From NCBI GenBank assembly GCA_047967505.1, contig CM106538.1: DNA of 64,000 bases. One strand, written 5' to 3'. Of this stretch, positions 24,047-37,160 are shown one piece after another. Made by a program: the position numbers and the translations under genes. The notes under the pieces are model-generated. The model was not told the origin of the DNA, did no database searches, and worked only from the letters and a program-made list of their open reading frames with translations. The stretch comes from Dipteris shenzhenensis (lineage: Eukaryota). Every line of letters begins with the position of its first letter. Positions within the stretch are counted from its first letter, which is position 1.

Positions 24047-27000
24047 TGTTGAGAGAGAAGAAGAAGAGACAATAGACACACCAAATAGACTCCCAAATAT
24101 TGATTCATATTGATCACAAGCTACACATATATAGGTGAGACCTAGTTAAGTTAGAGCGACCTATATATAGCTCTAACACCCACACTCAAACAAAGGTCTC
24201 TAGCTACGGATGAAAAAACCCTTGGGGAGCACAAGGGAAAAACCTGAGCTCCTATTTACAAGTATACAAGTTGATAATAGAGTTAAAGTGATGCCTTTGT
24301 ACAATTATTTACAAGTATGTAATGCTGATCATAAATTGCCAGCAATGCAGATGTGCATCTATGTACAAATGTCAAGAGAAGCTACAAGAACTCCAAGTTC
24401 TGATCGTAGCAGTGTCAAGCGTGCCTCACTAAGTCCTTCAGTGAGAATATCCGAAAGAATATGAGAAGTGGGATAATGTTCAATCATTATCATCCCTTTC
24501 TTCACTTCGTGTCTAACATAATGATAATGAACAACAATATGCTTGGATTAGTAATGCCGAACGTAGTCTTTAGCTAGACTAATGGCACTTTGAATATCAC
24601 ATCTAAGAGGAGTATTGGATGAGGGACGATGCCCAATATCTATAAGCAATTGGCGCATCCAAAACAATTCTCGAGCTTCTAGAGAGGCGGATACATACTC
24701 AGATTCTATGGTAGAAACAGCAACACAACGTTGCTTCTTACTTGCCCAAGAGACCAAGCAACCATTGATAAAGAACCAAATATAGCTTGTAGACCGCATA
24801 GAGAAGTGAGAGCTTGCCCAGTTTGCATCTCTATATCCCAAAAGATCAAAAGACATCACAGAAGATGATTCTGTATGACGTCGATAAAATAACCGAAAGT
24901 CCTAAAGTGCCTTTCAAATACTTTAGAACACGTTTTACGGTAGACCAATGTTGCATTGAGGGAGCAGCTCGGGGGGGTTACTCATCATATGTAACCCTAT
25001 CACATGAGTTCAATAGAAGGATTTTTTTTATTTCTAAAATTTACAAAAATAAATATACATAAGGGACTATTTAAAATAGTTTTGGAAAAAATTTACAGAT
25101 TTGTATAGAAAAGGGGTACATTTTATTAATGAAATTTTTTACAGATAAGGGACTTTAAATATAGGCCTTGAACGCACGTGATATAGAGGGTTTATACATA
25201 GTGACCCCCCCGAGGGGAGCAGCCAGATATTGACCTAGAAAATTGACAGTAAAAAGAATATCTGGTCGAGTGTTCAACCCAACAAGCTGTAGGCAACTAG
25301 CAAGATTGGCATAGGGTTGATGCAAAACCACAACATCATGAGTCGATCGAGTATTTTTTATAAAGCTCACAAGACAAGGGGTGGTGGCAGAGTGAGCATT
25401 CATCAAGCCAAACTTTTGAACTACATCATGAATGAATTTTGTTTGTTGAAGTAGCAGAATTCCCTTGTGAGTACGATATCACTAAACCTAAATACCAAGA
25501 CATGAATCAATGTCACCAAGATCAACCATATCAAACGCCGAGGATAAAATTTTCTTGACATGTTGGAGGAAATTGAGATTGTTGGAACCAAGTATGGTGT
25601 CATCCACATAAAGAGAAAGGATGACAAAAACAACACCATAATGTTTGACATATAAGTTGGGGTCAGAGAAACAAGAGTTGAAACCTTGAGATGTGAGAAA
25701 GTGATCAATTTTCATTTACCAAGAACGGGAAGCTTGTTTTAGACCATAAAGAGCACAATGGGCGACAAATAAGATGGTCTTGACTAGGAAGTATGAACCC
25801 TTCTAGATGCTCCATATAAGTCTCCTCTTTAAGATCTCCATTAAGAAAAATAGTTCTCACATCCATTTGATGAATCTCCGAATCAAATTGAGTAGCAAAA
25901 GCCAAGAGTACCCGAATGCTTGTACTATGACCAACGGGTGAGAATGTATCATGATAATCAACTTTTACAATTTGTAAGTATCCTTTTGCAACCAGACGAG
26001 CTTTAAATTTGTCAAAAGGACCATCAGCTTTGGTTTTGGTTTTATAAACCCACTTACATTTGATCGGAGTATGACCAGGAGGTAGTTTAGTGAGAACCCA
26101 TGTACCTTTAAAGATTAAAGAATCATATTCAACTTCCATGGCCTCTTGCCATTGACTCTTTTGTGTAGAAGAGATAGCTTCTATATAAGTAGTAGGGTCT
26201 TCATGAGCAAACATTGCATGATCAATGATGTCAAAGTCATCAACACAATCATGAAGGGAACCATGTTCAAAATCAATAGGCAAATCAACATGAATATCAA
26301 CAATGTCATCAGAAGCACATGTGTGTGCAGGATGCAAATCAAGATTGTCAACACATTGCTCTGCAAATGGAGTAGCAATGATGCCATCAGATGAAGGAGT
26401 AGTAATGACATCATAAGTAGAATCATTATCAAATAGAAAACGAAAGGAAACAAGCAAGGACTCAGTATCCTTTGCATCCTCGGTAGACCATGTCCCTCCC
26501 ATTAACTGCTCATTGAATATGGCATCACAACTGATTATCACCTTCTCAGTGTGAATGAGATCAAATAAAGCATATGAATGAGTTGAAGTAGATACATGAA
26601 AGGGTTTTCAATGATGCTTTCCAAGAGCACAATACTCATAGAGGCCCATTTGAGGACAAGCTGGGAGATTCATACCATCCACAAGATCATGATGATTGAT
26701 AGCAAGTAGCTTGGCAAAATCTGAATGAACAGAACGATGATGCCATCAATTGCAATCTAGATCACCAAGGGCTTTAACCACATTGGAAATATCATCATTT
26801 AAGGAAAGTTGAAAGAGGTTATCATGCCGAGGAGCAACTGCTATGGTATTTCCATCTTTTTCAATCCAACACTATGTGTGGTCAAAGCCAATAAAGAAAC
26901 CAAGATCAACAAGTCGGGCAACAGAAAAAAGATTTCTCTAAAGATCTGGAACATGGAGAATGCCTCGCAAGACTATTGTTAAACAAAGAGTGCCAAGATA

Positions 27001-28118
27001 TAAATCACCAACACCCATGACTTGTCAAGTAGTGTCATCAACAAGATAAACCAATTTCTTGTGAGGAAGAGCATGATAGTTATGTAACCATTGAGATTGA
27101 TATGTCATATTACCAGTAGCACCAGAATTAACAATAAAAGTGGAACCATCTCGAACATGAAGTATCCTCTCTGGAAAGACATCCAAACAGATATGATTGG
27201 CCTCTTGATGTGTATGGGCATCCTGTTGTTGAGCAACATATGCTTGATTACATTCGTGATCATAATGCCTCTTGTAACACCAAAAGGATGGATGATTTCC
27301 ACCATAATATTCACAAGGAGAATTTTTGGATAAGCAGGGTTGCTTAGTGGTAACACCATGTTCCTCATCATATTTCCAAGCCCAACAATCATAGATAAGA
27401 TGGCCATGCTTATCACAATAAGAACAATGTTTCTTAGGATATTTGAAACAAGAAGAATTACCACCTCTGTACAGATGACCACCACATCTATACTTGGAGA
27501 AAGGATGCTTGCAAGCAACACAAGCTATCTCTGAATCTACATCATTCGTTGTTATCATGACAGGATTATGAGGATCTTTACGACGCTCGCATCGTTGGGC
27601 ATACTCAATCAAAGAAATATATGTTTGATCAAAATCAATCATTTTTGTTAAAAAGGATGGTAACAATATTATCATATAATGGATCCTAGACTGTCTCGGG
27701 AAGATAGGTTACCAATTGATTTCGTGGAACAGGTGCACGAGCAGCAGCAAGTCGATTGATGATATTCTTGAATGACTCAATATGAGTTGTCATAGGAGTT
27801 CCATGGATTGCTCAAAAGATTACAAAGATAAAGAATATATGTGATAGATTTCTTCTCAAAAGTAGCAATGAGATATTCCCATATAGCATGAGAAGAAGGA
27901 AGGACAAACACATCCAACATAAGTGGCACAACAGAAGCGTGGTGGGCCCATAACCCACAGGTCCCAAGATCATAACTTGGCTGTGATACCATGTTGAGAG
28001 AGAAGAAGAAGAGATGATAGAAACACCAAATAAACTCCCAAACACTGATTCATATCAAGTTACACATATATAGGTGATACCTAGCTCAAGTTAGAGTGAG
28101 CCATATATAGCTCTAACA
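24047..28118 (-). mobile_element. Ty1/Copia family C, old and internally deleted, short LTRs
   Basis: LTRs 24047-24178 and 27992-28118; TSD AGTAT at 24042-24046 and 28119-28123; PBS TGGTATCACAGC at 27980-27991. Remnants of a zinc knuckle (CSYCDKHGHLIYDC), RT (KARLVAKG, QMDV, YVDD) and RNase H. No integrase core seen. Confidence 0.92.
24968..25214. mobile_element. MITE, family M1 (247 bp), inserted in Copia C
   Basis: TIRs CTCGGGGGGGTTAC / GTGACCCCCCCGAG; TSD GGGAGCAG at 24960-24967 and 25215-25222; close inverted copy at 47997-48243. Confidence 0.92.
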
Positions 28119-28459
28119 AGTATTTCACACACACTAGTGCAATAATTGTCGATACTTACATGTGCACTTATCATCATTCTTTGTTCAGAGCTATAGAGTA
28201 AAGAGGAGACCTATCTAGGTTAAAATGTTACTACCTCTACGATTCTCTACACCTATGCATATTATCAACTCTTTTTCAAAATAATTTACATGTTTAAACA
28301 AAAAAAATTAAAACACCTAACATAAGTTTAGTTTATTATTATGAAAACACAATATGAAAAGACTTGAAACTTATTAGTATTTTATGTTTATAGAATGTAC
28401 ATGACCACACATCTCATGCAACTTGTAAACTATATTGCAATTTATGTTATAATATAGAC

Positions 28460-29600
28460 ACCAATTGTGCCTTACTAAACAAATATGGTCTATAATGATC
28501 TCTAGCATGTAATTTTTGGGTTGATACAATTGCTAGAAATTGCACACTACACAGGCAACTAGGCTTTCAAAGAATTGTTATCAGCTAGCAAAAGTGATCC
28601 CCAATCGGTCAAAGTCAAGAATTTCTCTCTTACTAGTAATAACTATAAACTATAATGTAATATATAGTATTCTAGATCCATGTGCGAGTTGTTAAGTTTG
28701 GTACCAATGAACCTCCCAACTAGCACAAAGACTAATGTATATTTTGTAACCATATGCGAGAAGTTATAAGTCAACATACACGGTCAACCTCCCACTAACA
28801 CATGTGACATAGATATTTTGTATCAAAATGAGAGTAGTTATGGGTTGGCATACACCCCCACTGGCACATAGATACTTTCTTTTAGAAATGTTTACTATTT
28901 TTATTATTTTTAAAATTATATAGTTTATAACTACTGATTTTTTTACTATAAGTTTATGACAACTAAAAACAATTACTTTTCTTTCTAATTTTTAAAACTA
29001 TATAGTCTATGCCTACTAAAAATATGATTTTTTTCTTATCTTCAAGGAAGTAACTTCAAATTTCCTGCCACTATATTAAGAAAAATTACTTGTCTTTATA
29101 ATAACAATCTTTTCAAATCTCAAACGATGAATTGTAAACTAAGAGCTATGCATTTATGCAATTTGCATCCTAGTGTGGGTATCAGCTAGCCTAATTGAGT
29201 CTACCACCAACACTAGACAAATTTTAAAAGGACTTTAAAAACTTAAAAATTTGTATGGAAGCTTCGTTTGTCCTTTTTGTTATCTCGGGAATGCAAACTG
29301 TATGTTGTGGGCACAGGGTTTTATATAGCCAACTATACCGCACAACAGATTAACAATACCACACGATATTTAGCGTAATCCCATGCAATAATAAGAAATA
29401 TCAAGCGGTGTGTAAAATAGCATGTCGTACTTTTTCCATAATGTTACCGTGTGGTAGAAGTATTTACCTCATGGTAACCTGCTACAGTGGGTCCTAGTAA
29501 AAAATCGTTGATGGTCTAATTTAAATCACTCCAGGGTCAGAAAAAAATTGTTTTAAATGTTTTAAATCATCCCTCGAAAATGTCCATCCCAAATCCTTAG
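28460..29600. repeat. ~1.1-kb AT-rich dispersed repeat (probable non-autonomous DNA transposon); second copy at ~45420-46489
   Basis: Colinear similarity over the whole length. Both copies end at AAATCC(T/C)TAG, which reads TA(A/G)GGATTT on the reverse strand and resembles a hAT TIR. No TSD found. Confidence 0.7.
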
Positions 29601-29613
29601 TGCATAAGCATGC

Positions 29614-29654
<41 letters not shown>

Positions 29655-29663
29655 CATGCATGC

Positions 29664-29694
<31 letters not shown>

Positions 29695-29826
29695 TGCATG
29701 TACACGCTCGTGCGCTTGTGTGAGTGTGTGTGTGTGTATGTGCGTGTGTGTATGAGTGTTGTGTGCTTGCGTGTGCTCATGCGTGCATGTGTGTGTGTGT
29801 GTGCATGCTCGTGTGTGCATGCGTGC

Positions 29827-29867
<41 letters not shown>
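29614..29867. repeat. Compound (TG)n microsatellite
   Basis: Long TG runs interrupted by GCATGC-type motifs. Confidence 0.95.
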
Positions 29868-29869
<2 letters not shown>

Positions 29870-29870
<1 letters not shown>

Positions 29871-31530
29871 CATGATCTTCATCCCACTGTGCCTTTCAAT
29901 GATCGCCATGGTACATGGATTATTATGCAATGCCTACTTCAAGGAGAAATGTTTGAATTTGTATCGGTTTATGCCCCTCAATCTTGATTTGGGATGCCAT
30001 GCATAATTATCCATGGAGACACTATGAATTCATGTGTGGTGATTTCAACAATGCTCCACAACGAGAAGATAATACTTCGAGCCACATTCATATGTTAACT
30101 TCTGAACAGCAGGCATGGTTTGATTTTTTGGTTCAGCTGCATTTGGTGGGTCTCTGAAAGGAATTATAGACCACACTCCCCGGCTATACCTTTCAACACA
30201 ATGCTCAATCTTTTGATCAGGCACACCTAGATAGATGCTATTAGGTTGATCCACAGCATTGTGATGCCTTTACTTGTCAATTTTGGGTTGATCATGCCTT
30301 CATGTATTCTGATCATGCTCCTCTTTGGTTGAGGCTCTCCATGCATGACTTTATGGAGGACAGATTGCCTTGTAGAAGGCTTACGTTGGTGAATAACAGT
30401 TATCTGGAACATGTTGATTTTAAAGCTATGGTTTTTGATGCCATCCAGCATCTCTCTTCTCAAATTCTTTTTTATCACAGCTTGCATTCGAGCAGCTTTT
30501 GTTGCTCGAATGCAAGCTATGACTTGGGATTACGGTAAATCATTTATGCGAGCCACACGGGAGACTATAACTGTGCATGCTAAACTCACTTGCTAGAGTA
30601 AGTCACCTTCAACCTTTGTCTTTTGATAAAGCATGCAATTATGTCAGGCCAAATTTTGTCTCCAATCAAATGATCGAAGAAATCTTGCTAAATGGGAAAC
30701 CTGATCTTGACAAAGGGCTTTTTTGGATAAAGGCTTCTCTTTGAAGCAATTTTTCAAAAGTTTGCATTACAAACGACAGGCTGCAAATATTTGTGGGTCT
30801 GGATGCCTCATGGTTCTTGGTCTTCATCTCGATCTAAACTTGCTGATTTTTGTGTGTAGCACTTCTCCTCCCATTTTGGGCATGTGGACTTTCCTTCTTC
30901 TGAGATTTTGTCTACACATCAACTTCTTTTACAGCATGTCCATCCAATTCTTTCTCAAGCTCGGGCTTTTGGAACTGGAACTTCCCTTCACTAAAAGGGA
31001 ATTGTCAGATGCAGTTAAATCTTGTGGTAGATGGAAATCTCCAGGATGGGATGGTCTCACTGTTGAATTCTTTAGGAGAGCCTCAAATCCCCTCTGTTGC
31101 AAATGGCCAATTCAGCTTGAGAAAATCAGCAAATGCCCTTGTCATGGAAAAAGGCACTGGTTATAAAGCTCCTTCATAAGAAGAATATTTCTGATTTTAT
31201 CACTGATTGGATACCAATCATGCTCATGCTAGTCATTTACAAGATCATAGCTAAAATGCTTATTGACCGTATCAAAGGCTATCTGCATGATGGGCTCAAT
31301 CCTTCTCAATATGGCTTTGTTCCTCGTAGGCATATCATGGACAATATTGCCAATGTCTATGTTGGGATTGAATATGCCAAGTACATGCAGCAAGATGTTT
31401 TGCTCTTACAGATTGACATTGCCAAAGCTTTTGACACAATTCAATGGGAGTTCATCTCACAAACAATGCAATCCTTGGGCTTTGAAATAAGAATGCATCA
31501 TTTATTGCCTCTATAGGGATAGCAATGCTA
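29870..31530 (+). mobile_element. L1-type LINE ORF2 fragment (endonuclease + start of RT), pseudogenised and 3'-truncated
   Basis: SVYAP, GDFN, GYTF, LDRC and SDHAPL endonuclease motifs; KSPGWDGLTVEFF, YKIIAK, QYGFVPRRHIMDNI and DIAKAFD RT motifs. Confidence 0.9.
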
Positions 31531-31818
31531 CTTGCACTACTACACACAGGCCTTATTTCGACGGTTAAGCATCGACGTTTAGTGCGCACGGGGCGCCAAT
31601 CGTCGGTATGCAAAGAGGTCTTAAAAAGTGTCGCTATATAGCGACACTTGCCAGACTTATATAAGGTCGTTATATAGCGACGTTTTATAGAGTGTTTTCT
31701 TCCCCATACCAACCTTTAAAGATAGTTTTACCCAATGAAAAAAAAAATTTATTTTCATACATGTTTGATCCTTTGAAAGAGTACAAGAGCATGTACATCA
31801 AGTTTGAAGCTCATATAT

Positions 31819-33133
31819 TCATGTCCACGTTTGAGACTTGTCTTCATCCTGAGCCAAGTATAGTGCACCAAACAAGTCTATCTCCAACTCTATACTGAGT
31901 TGATCTCCTATATCATCATCGTACTCTGGCATCGTACGTCCACCATAGACTTGATCATCTTCTTTAATAAAGTCAGGTGATTCTTGATGATCATCATCTT
32001 CTTCCTCAATATTGTGATCTTCATCTTCCTCTCGTATGATGTCATTATGCACATCTTTCTCTTAGCTCATATTGTGATCTTCATCTTCTTCTCTAAATCC
32101 ATCTGGATCAATTGGATTCGACATTGGTAGTGGCATCTCCATATCCACATCTCTATCTTCAAAAGTTTGCTTACTTCGTGGTACAACTTGGATCATGTAC
32201 CACCATCTTGGATCAGAACGATCCAGATGAAAAGCCACCTATATTGAAGATGGGTGCCAAATGCCATCAATTATATGAAACTATGCTTAAGTACATGTAC
32301 TAATTGATATTTAAAAATAAAAGATTCAATTAATTAAATCATTAGTATGCACCCGCTCAATGCTCGGGAAGAACAAAGACCATCGTAAATAGTTCTAAAC
32401 CATTTTACATCAAGAATGAAAATACTAAATCATCTAAAATCAATTTCATAGATTTTGTGTATGGTCCCACAATAATCCAACTGCGAGGAGAGAAGATTGG
32501 TATCCGAAGCACTTGCTCGGCTATCTTGTGTGAAGTTAGCCATGACTCCACAATCATACGTGACTCTCTTTCAATCGATGTGTTCCACACAAAAATGTCA
32601 TTGGTATGTCTAGGACCTCTTGAAATATCAAAGACCCACACTCCTGTCGATAAGATCTATAACTCCTCTATCAAAGGTACCATGTACATGACCTCAGACT
32701 CGGACATCACATGCATTGCCCCTAAAAATAGAATCCATCATGTCCACCATACCCTCGTCATCATCTGGCACATCCGAGAGACTATACTCCTCAAAGTGTG
32801 AAGGTATACGCACACCACCCTCCTCATCCTGTCTCAAGGTTTCATGTATATATAAGATCTTGTCTGAAGATTTCGTGTCGTGTACGCATGCAATATTAAT
32901 CACGAACTCAAATAGCATTGACTTTCTGATGATCCATCACCACGTGCACCACCAATGGTGGGTACTGGTTTGGGCTCCTCCCCATACATCCTCAAGTGGT
33001 GCATGACAATATGGCATTGATGTCATACTTCTCACTTGTACTGAGTGCAATGACAATACAACCTCTCTATAAGAAACTCTGCGCTCCCGAGCATTGGCGC
33101 ATCATCTGATAAGCTTCCACTCGTCCCTTCCAT
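31819..33133 (-). pseudogene. CACTA transposase (TnpD-like) remnant: N-terminal Cys/His domain and C-terminal DUF4216-like tail, core deleted
   Basis: LYCHCTQYK..HIVMHHLRMYG near 33060-32980; VAFHLDRSDPRWWYMIQVVPRSK near 32240-32170; acidic tail. Confidence 0.65.
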
Positions 33134-33649
33134 CTGTGCACCTCCAAAATCACAACACAAAATGCAAGGAAATCCATTAAGATCCAAAAAATAGCCACCC
33201 ATGAACTCCTTCCCTCTCTTCTTAGATCAAGTGCCCTAAATCATCGCTATATAGCAACACTTTGCCCTATTCGTCGCTATATAGTGACGCTTTTAGGGTA
33301 TAAGTTGATTTTCAAAGGTTAAGGACAAAAAGCGAGATTTGGTGAAACAAAGAAGACTCATCTCTTCTCTTTTTTGTATTTCTCTTCCTCCTCTTTCTCC
33401 TTGTTTGTAGGATTCTCCAAACTCATCCAATCCCTTTAAAAAGTTGCTTCTCCAAACTCCTCCTTCCTCTAACTAGTTATCTGAAAAAATGGTATGTTTT
33501 CTCTTTTTTGTAGGGCCAGGCCACGAAACACGGTTTGAGACTTTTTTAGGTAAGAAAGTGCTTCCTCTTTTTCCCTTTTGTTATTTCCGTTATTTGCATT
33601 GACCTACAGCTAATGCCTTAAGCGCTAGCTACAGTGATGGGCGTAGGAA

Positions 33650-34860
33650 CCCTCTCTTATTCTCTTATGCATATGTTTTTCCTTCTCTTATGCTTATGCT
33701 CTTTTCCCCTCTTCTTTTTCCCTTCTTTCAATCTCTTCTCTTATTTTCCACTCTCTTTTTTCCTCTCTTTTTCTCCTCTTTTCATAAGCTCATAAGCATA
33801 ATCTTATGCTTTCTCTCTTTTTCTCTTATGCTTATATGCTCATGCATAAGCATAAGCATATGCTTTCTTCCTTTTTCTCTTATGCTTATGCTCTTTTTCC
33901 CTCTTCCTTCTCTTATGCTTATGCTCTTTTCCTCTCTTCTTTTCCCCCTCTTCCTTCTCTTCTTTTCCAATCTCTTTTCCCCTCTTTCTTCTCTTATGCC
34001 TATGCTCTTTTCCCCTCTTCTTTTTTCCCCTCTTTCAGTATCTTTTTCCCTCTTTCAATCTCCTTTTCCCTCTTTCGATCTCTTTTTCCCTCGTCCTTCT
34101 CTTATGCTTATGCTCTTTTCCTCTCTTCTTTTTCCCCTCTTTTGATCTCTTTTCCCCTCTTCCTTCTCTTATGCTTATGCTCTTTTCCTCTCTTCTTTTT
34201 CCCCTCTTTCAATCTCTTTTCCCCTCTTCCTTCTGTTATGCTTATGCTCTTTTCCTCTCTTCTTTTTCCCCTTTTTCGATCTCTTTTCCCCTTTTCCTTC
34301 TCTTCTTTTTCACTCTTCTTTTTCCCCTCTTTCAATCTCTTTTCCCCTCTTTCTTCTCTTCTTTTCCTCTCTTCTTTTTTCCCTCTTTCAATCTCTTTTT
34401 GCCCTCTTTTAATCTCTTTTCCCCTCTTTCAAACATATGCTTTCTCTCTTTTTCTCTTATGCATATGTTTTTTCTTCTCTTATGCTTATGCATGAGCATA
34501 TGTCTCCTTCTTCTTCTCCTTCTCCTTGTCCTTTCCTTCTCTTCTTTTTCCCTCTCTTTTTCTCTTCTTTTCATAAGCTTATGCCTATGCCTATGCCTAT
34601 GCTTATGCTTATGCTTATGCATGAGCATATGCTCATATGTTTATGCATAAGCATAAGCATATCCTTTCTCTCTTTTTCTCTTATGCATATGCTTTCTCTC
34701 TTTTTTCTCTTATGCATATTTGGTTCTTTTCCCCTCTTTCAATCTCTTTTCCCCTTTTCTTTCTCTTCTTTTTCCCTCTCCTTCTCTTATGCTTCTCCTT
34801 CTCTTTTGCTTCTCTTATGCTTCTCCTTCTCTTATGCATATGCTTTCCCTCATATGCTTT
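33650..34860. repeat. Polypyrimidine minisatellite (~70-bp CT-rich units plus CTTATG/CATAAG hexamers) inside the CACTA
   Basis: Repeated CTTATGCTTATGCTCTTTTCCTCTCTTCTTTTTCCCCTCTTTCAATCTC units. Confidence 0.9.
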
Positions 34861-34938
34861 TCACTTCTTACCCGCTCTCGTTTTTTGTTTTTTGTTTTTG
34901 TGTTTGTCTCTATGTTTGTCCAATCCTCCAAATTAGAC

Positions 34939-36526
34939 ATGGGATCACATCATATGTCTAACGAGTATGGAAACCATCGTAGGAGGAGACATCATGATCT
35001 CTATTCTCTAGAGGACTTTGATTCCACTTGAAAGCAACACCTCAGGTGCCTAGCCCTGGCCCGACTCCTCTTGAACGTAACATTGTGACTACTCCTCGAG
35101 GAACTCCTTTACTAGCAGCCCATGGCTTTGTTGGGAGTCCCGACGAATTTGTCGCACAGATGACTGATGCAGAAGCATCGATATTCTTCTCTGCTATCCG
35201 AAAGAACCTCAACAAGTCCCTCTCCTACACCGACGGCTGGAGCTACTGTCTAGCCATCCCCTCTAGCCCCTTAGACTGAGGGGTCATCACCTAGGCATGC
35301 CCATCGTAAGGGAAGGAAGAGTAGGAGGGGTCGCTTATCTTGTGCTAACTCGGGAGATGTAGACGAGTCAGCACACTCACATCCCTACACATCTCCCCTT
35401 GGTCCTGAGATCCAGTACCAGTTAGGTCCCTTACCCTCTCCTACTCCCACGGCTACTCCTCGCTCCATAAGGGCTCGCACAAACACCACTCGCTCTGACT
35501 CTACCACTACCATGAGTCCTCCTTACCTGGTCGAGGACCTATCCTATGAAATCATGGCTGCTTGAGAGATAATAGAAGATAAAAAGGGCTCAGCAATGAT
35601 GGCCACCATGAGGCAGTTGATGAGCCACCACTTCAAGAGCGGCATAGCTATTGACTGGCGGTACCAAGATGAGGGAAAGAAGTAGGTAGTCATCGATGAA
35701 TTGAAAAGACAATATCCTAGCCCTCCAAATTGGGAGTTCAATTAAGATTACATGAAAGAGCACATGGGGTTCCTCTTGAAGCATCGTAGGTCAACCTTGC
35801 ATACTTCCATCGCAAAGGGGAAGGCTAAACCCAGTTGGGCAAAAAAAGTTGATTGGAAGTTTTTCAAGAAGCCGTACAGGGACCATCTTGAAATGTTTGA
35901 GGGTCAGAGGAGGGCTACGAGGAGATGGTTGGACTCTGTAGGTACTTTGCACTTTGGTACAGGCAGACGGTTGGCGTTCGAGGCAACCGTGGTAAGTCTA
36001 CTTCTTCTCAATTAATGTATTGTTCTATTTTGTTTTATTACATATTGCATGCACTTTATCTAACTCTCGTAAATTGGACCAACAGCAAGTTGCAATGGGT
36101 CACCTTCCTATAGACACAAAGATGAGACATGTGTTCACATAGGAACAAAGCCGTGGTTTATTGAGCAGGAGGCACTGGGAGCAACAGTCAATTGGGCTGA
36201 GGTGGCTGCTCGCACGGTATGTCTACTCCTACTTGTAATCTCACTTTTTAAACTATTTTATTTTTTAAGTTCCAATCTAATTTCCAATTAATATGGTTTC
36301 ACTCTTAGAATCAAAGCTCGAACGTCCCATCAGTGGAGGTGAGTGGGGATGAGGAGGGATTAGGTTTATACGGCTTCGACGAGGGCCAGGGATCAGGTGC
36401 AACTCACAAGGGCTAGGGATCAGGCATAGCTCATGAGGGCCAGGGATTAGGCGTAGCTCACAAGGGCCAAGGATCAAGCCCGAGTGACGAGGACTAGGAT
36501 GACGATTCGGATGAGCAGCGATGGTA
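34939..36526 (+). pseudogene. CACTA second gene (TnpA/Ptta-like), spliced and degenerate
   Basis: Pro/Ser-rich N-terminus; ELKRQYPSPPNWEF...HFGTGR..FEATV|GTAAGT; further exons; 27-bp repeats at 36381-36480. Homologous to 235-7340. Confidence 0.6.
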
Positions 36527-37007
36527 GTAGTAGTAGTAGTTTGTATATACTTCGCCATGTATATGTTTTTGTATATCGGCTCGTTTGAGTGATTTTGTAT
36601 CACCCTTTTCGAGAGGGTAATTTTGTAACAAACAATGTTGTATATCTTCGACATGTATATGCTTTTGTCGCTTGGTTCATTTGAGAAATTTTGTATCACC
36701 CTTTCCACAAGGGAAATTTTGTAACAAAAAGCATTCTTTTGTAATTAATAAATAAAAAACATTAGTGGGGCAAAACAGGGCTTGCTGTGGCCTTGTTTAG
36801 CCCCACTAATGTTTTTTTAAGCTTCTGTTAATCGTCGCTATATAGTGACATTTACCAGTGTCGCTATATAGCGATGCTTATATAGCGATCGTTCTTTTTC
36901 GACGCTTATAGCGACATAAATACTGACCTTTGAGCACGTCAAAAAGAAACTTTTTAGTGTAGAACTGGTTGGTATTTTCGTCAAAAAAGGGCCTATGCCT
37001 TGTAGTG

Positions 37008-37160
37008 TGTGTGTGTGTGTGTGCATGTACCCATGCATGTGTGTGCACACACACACATACACACACACACATGCACGCACACATGCACACAGCCACGCAT
37101 GCATTTATAGTACAGCCACACACACACACACAAAGAGAGAGAGAGAGAGAGAGAGAGAGA
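37008..37160. repeat. Compound (TG)n/(CA)n/(GA)n microsatellite
   Basis: Directly visible dinucleotide runs abutting the right CACTA terminus. Confidence 0.9.

Larger units (their letters stand above)
31535..37007. mobile_element. CACTA (En/Spm) DNA transposon, internally deleted
   Basis: Termini CACTACTACACACAGGCC ... GGCCTATGCCTTGTAGTG. Subterminal TCGCTATATAGCGA palindromes at both ends (24-bp perfect palindrome at 31626-31649). Remnants of transposase and a second ORF. The 3-bp flanks TTG and TGT do not match. Confidence 0.88.

Noticed and set aside
29521-29987. His/Thr-rich and Cys/Val-rich ORFs
   Set aside because: They are translations of the (TG)n microsatellite.
33690-35031. Long hydrophobic and Lys/Arg/Glu-rich ORFs resembling membrane proteins
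   Set aside because: Artefacts of the CT-rich minisatellite, open in several frames.
36381-36480. 27-bp repeats as a possible CRISPR-like array
   Set aside because: Contiguous repeats with no spacers; a 9-codon repeat within the CACTA ORF in eukaryotic DNA.
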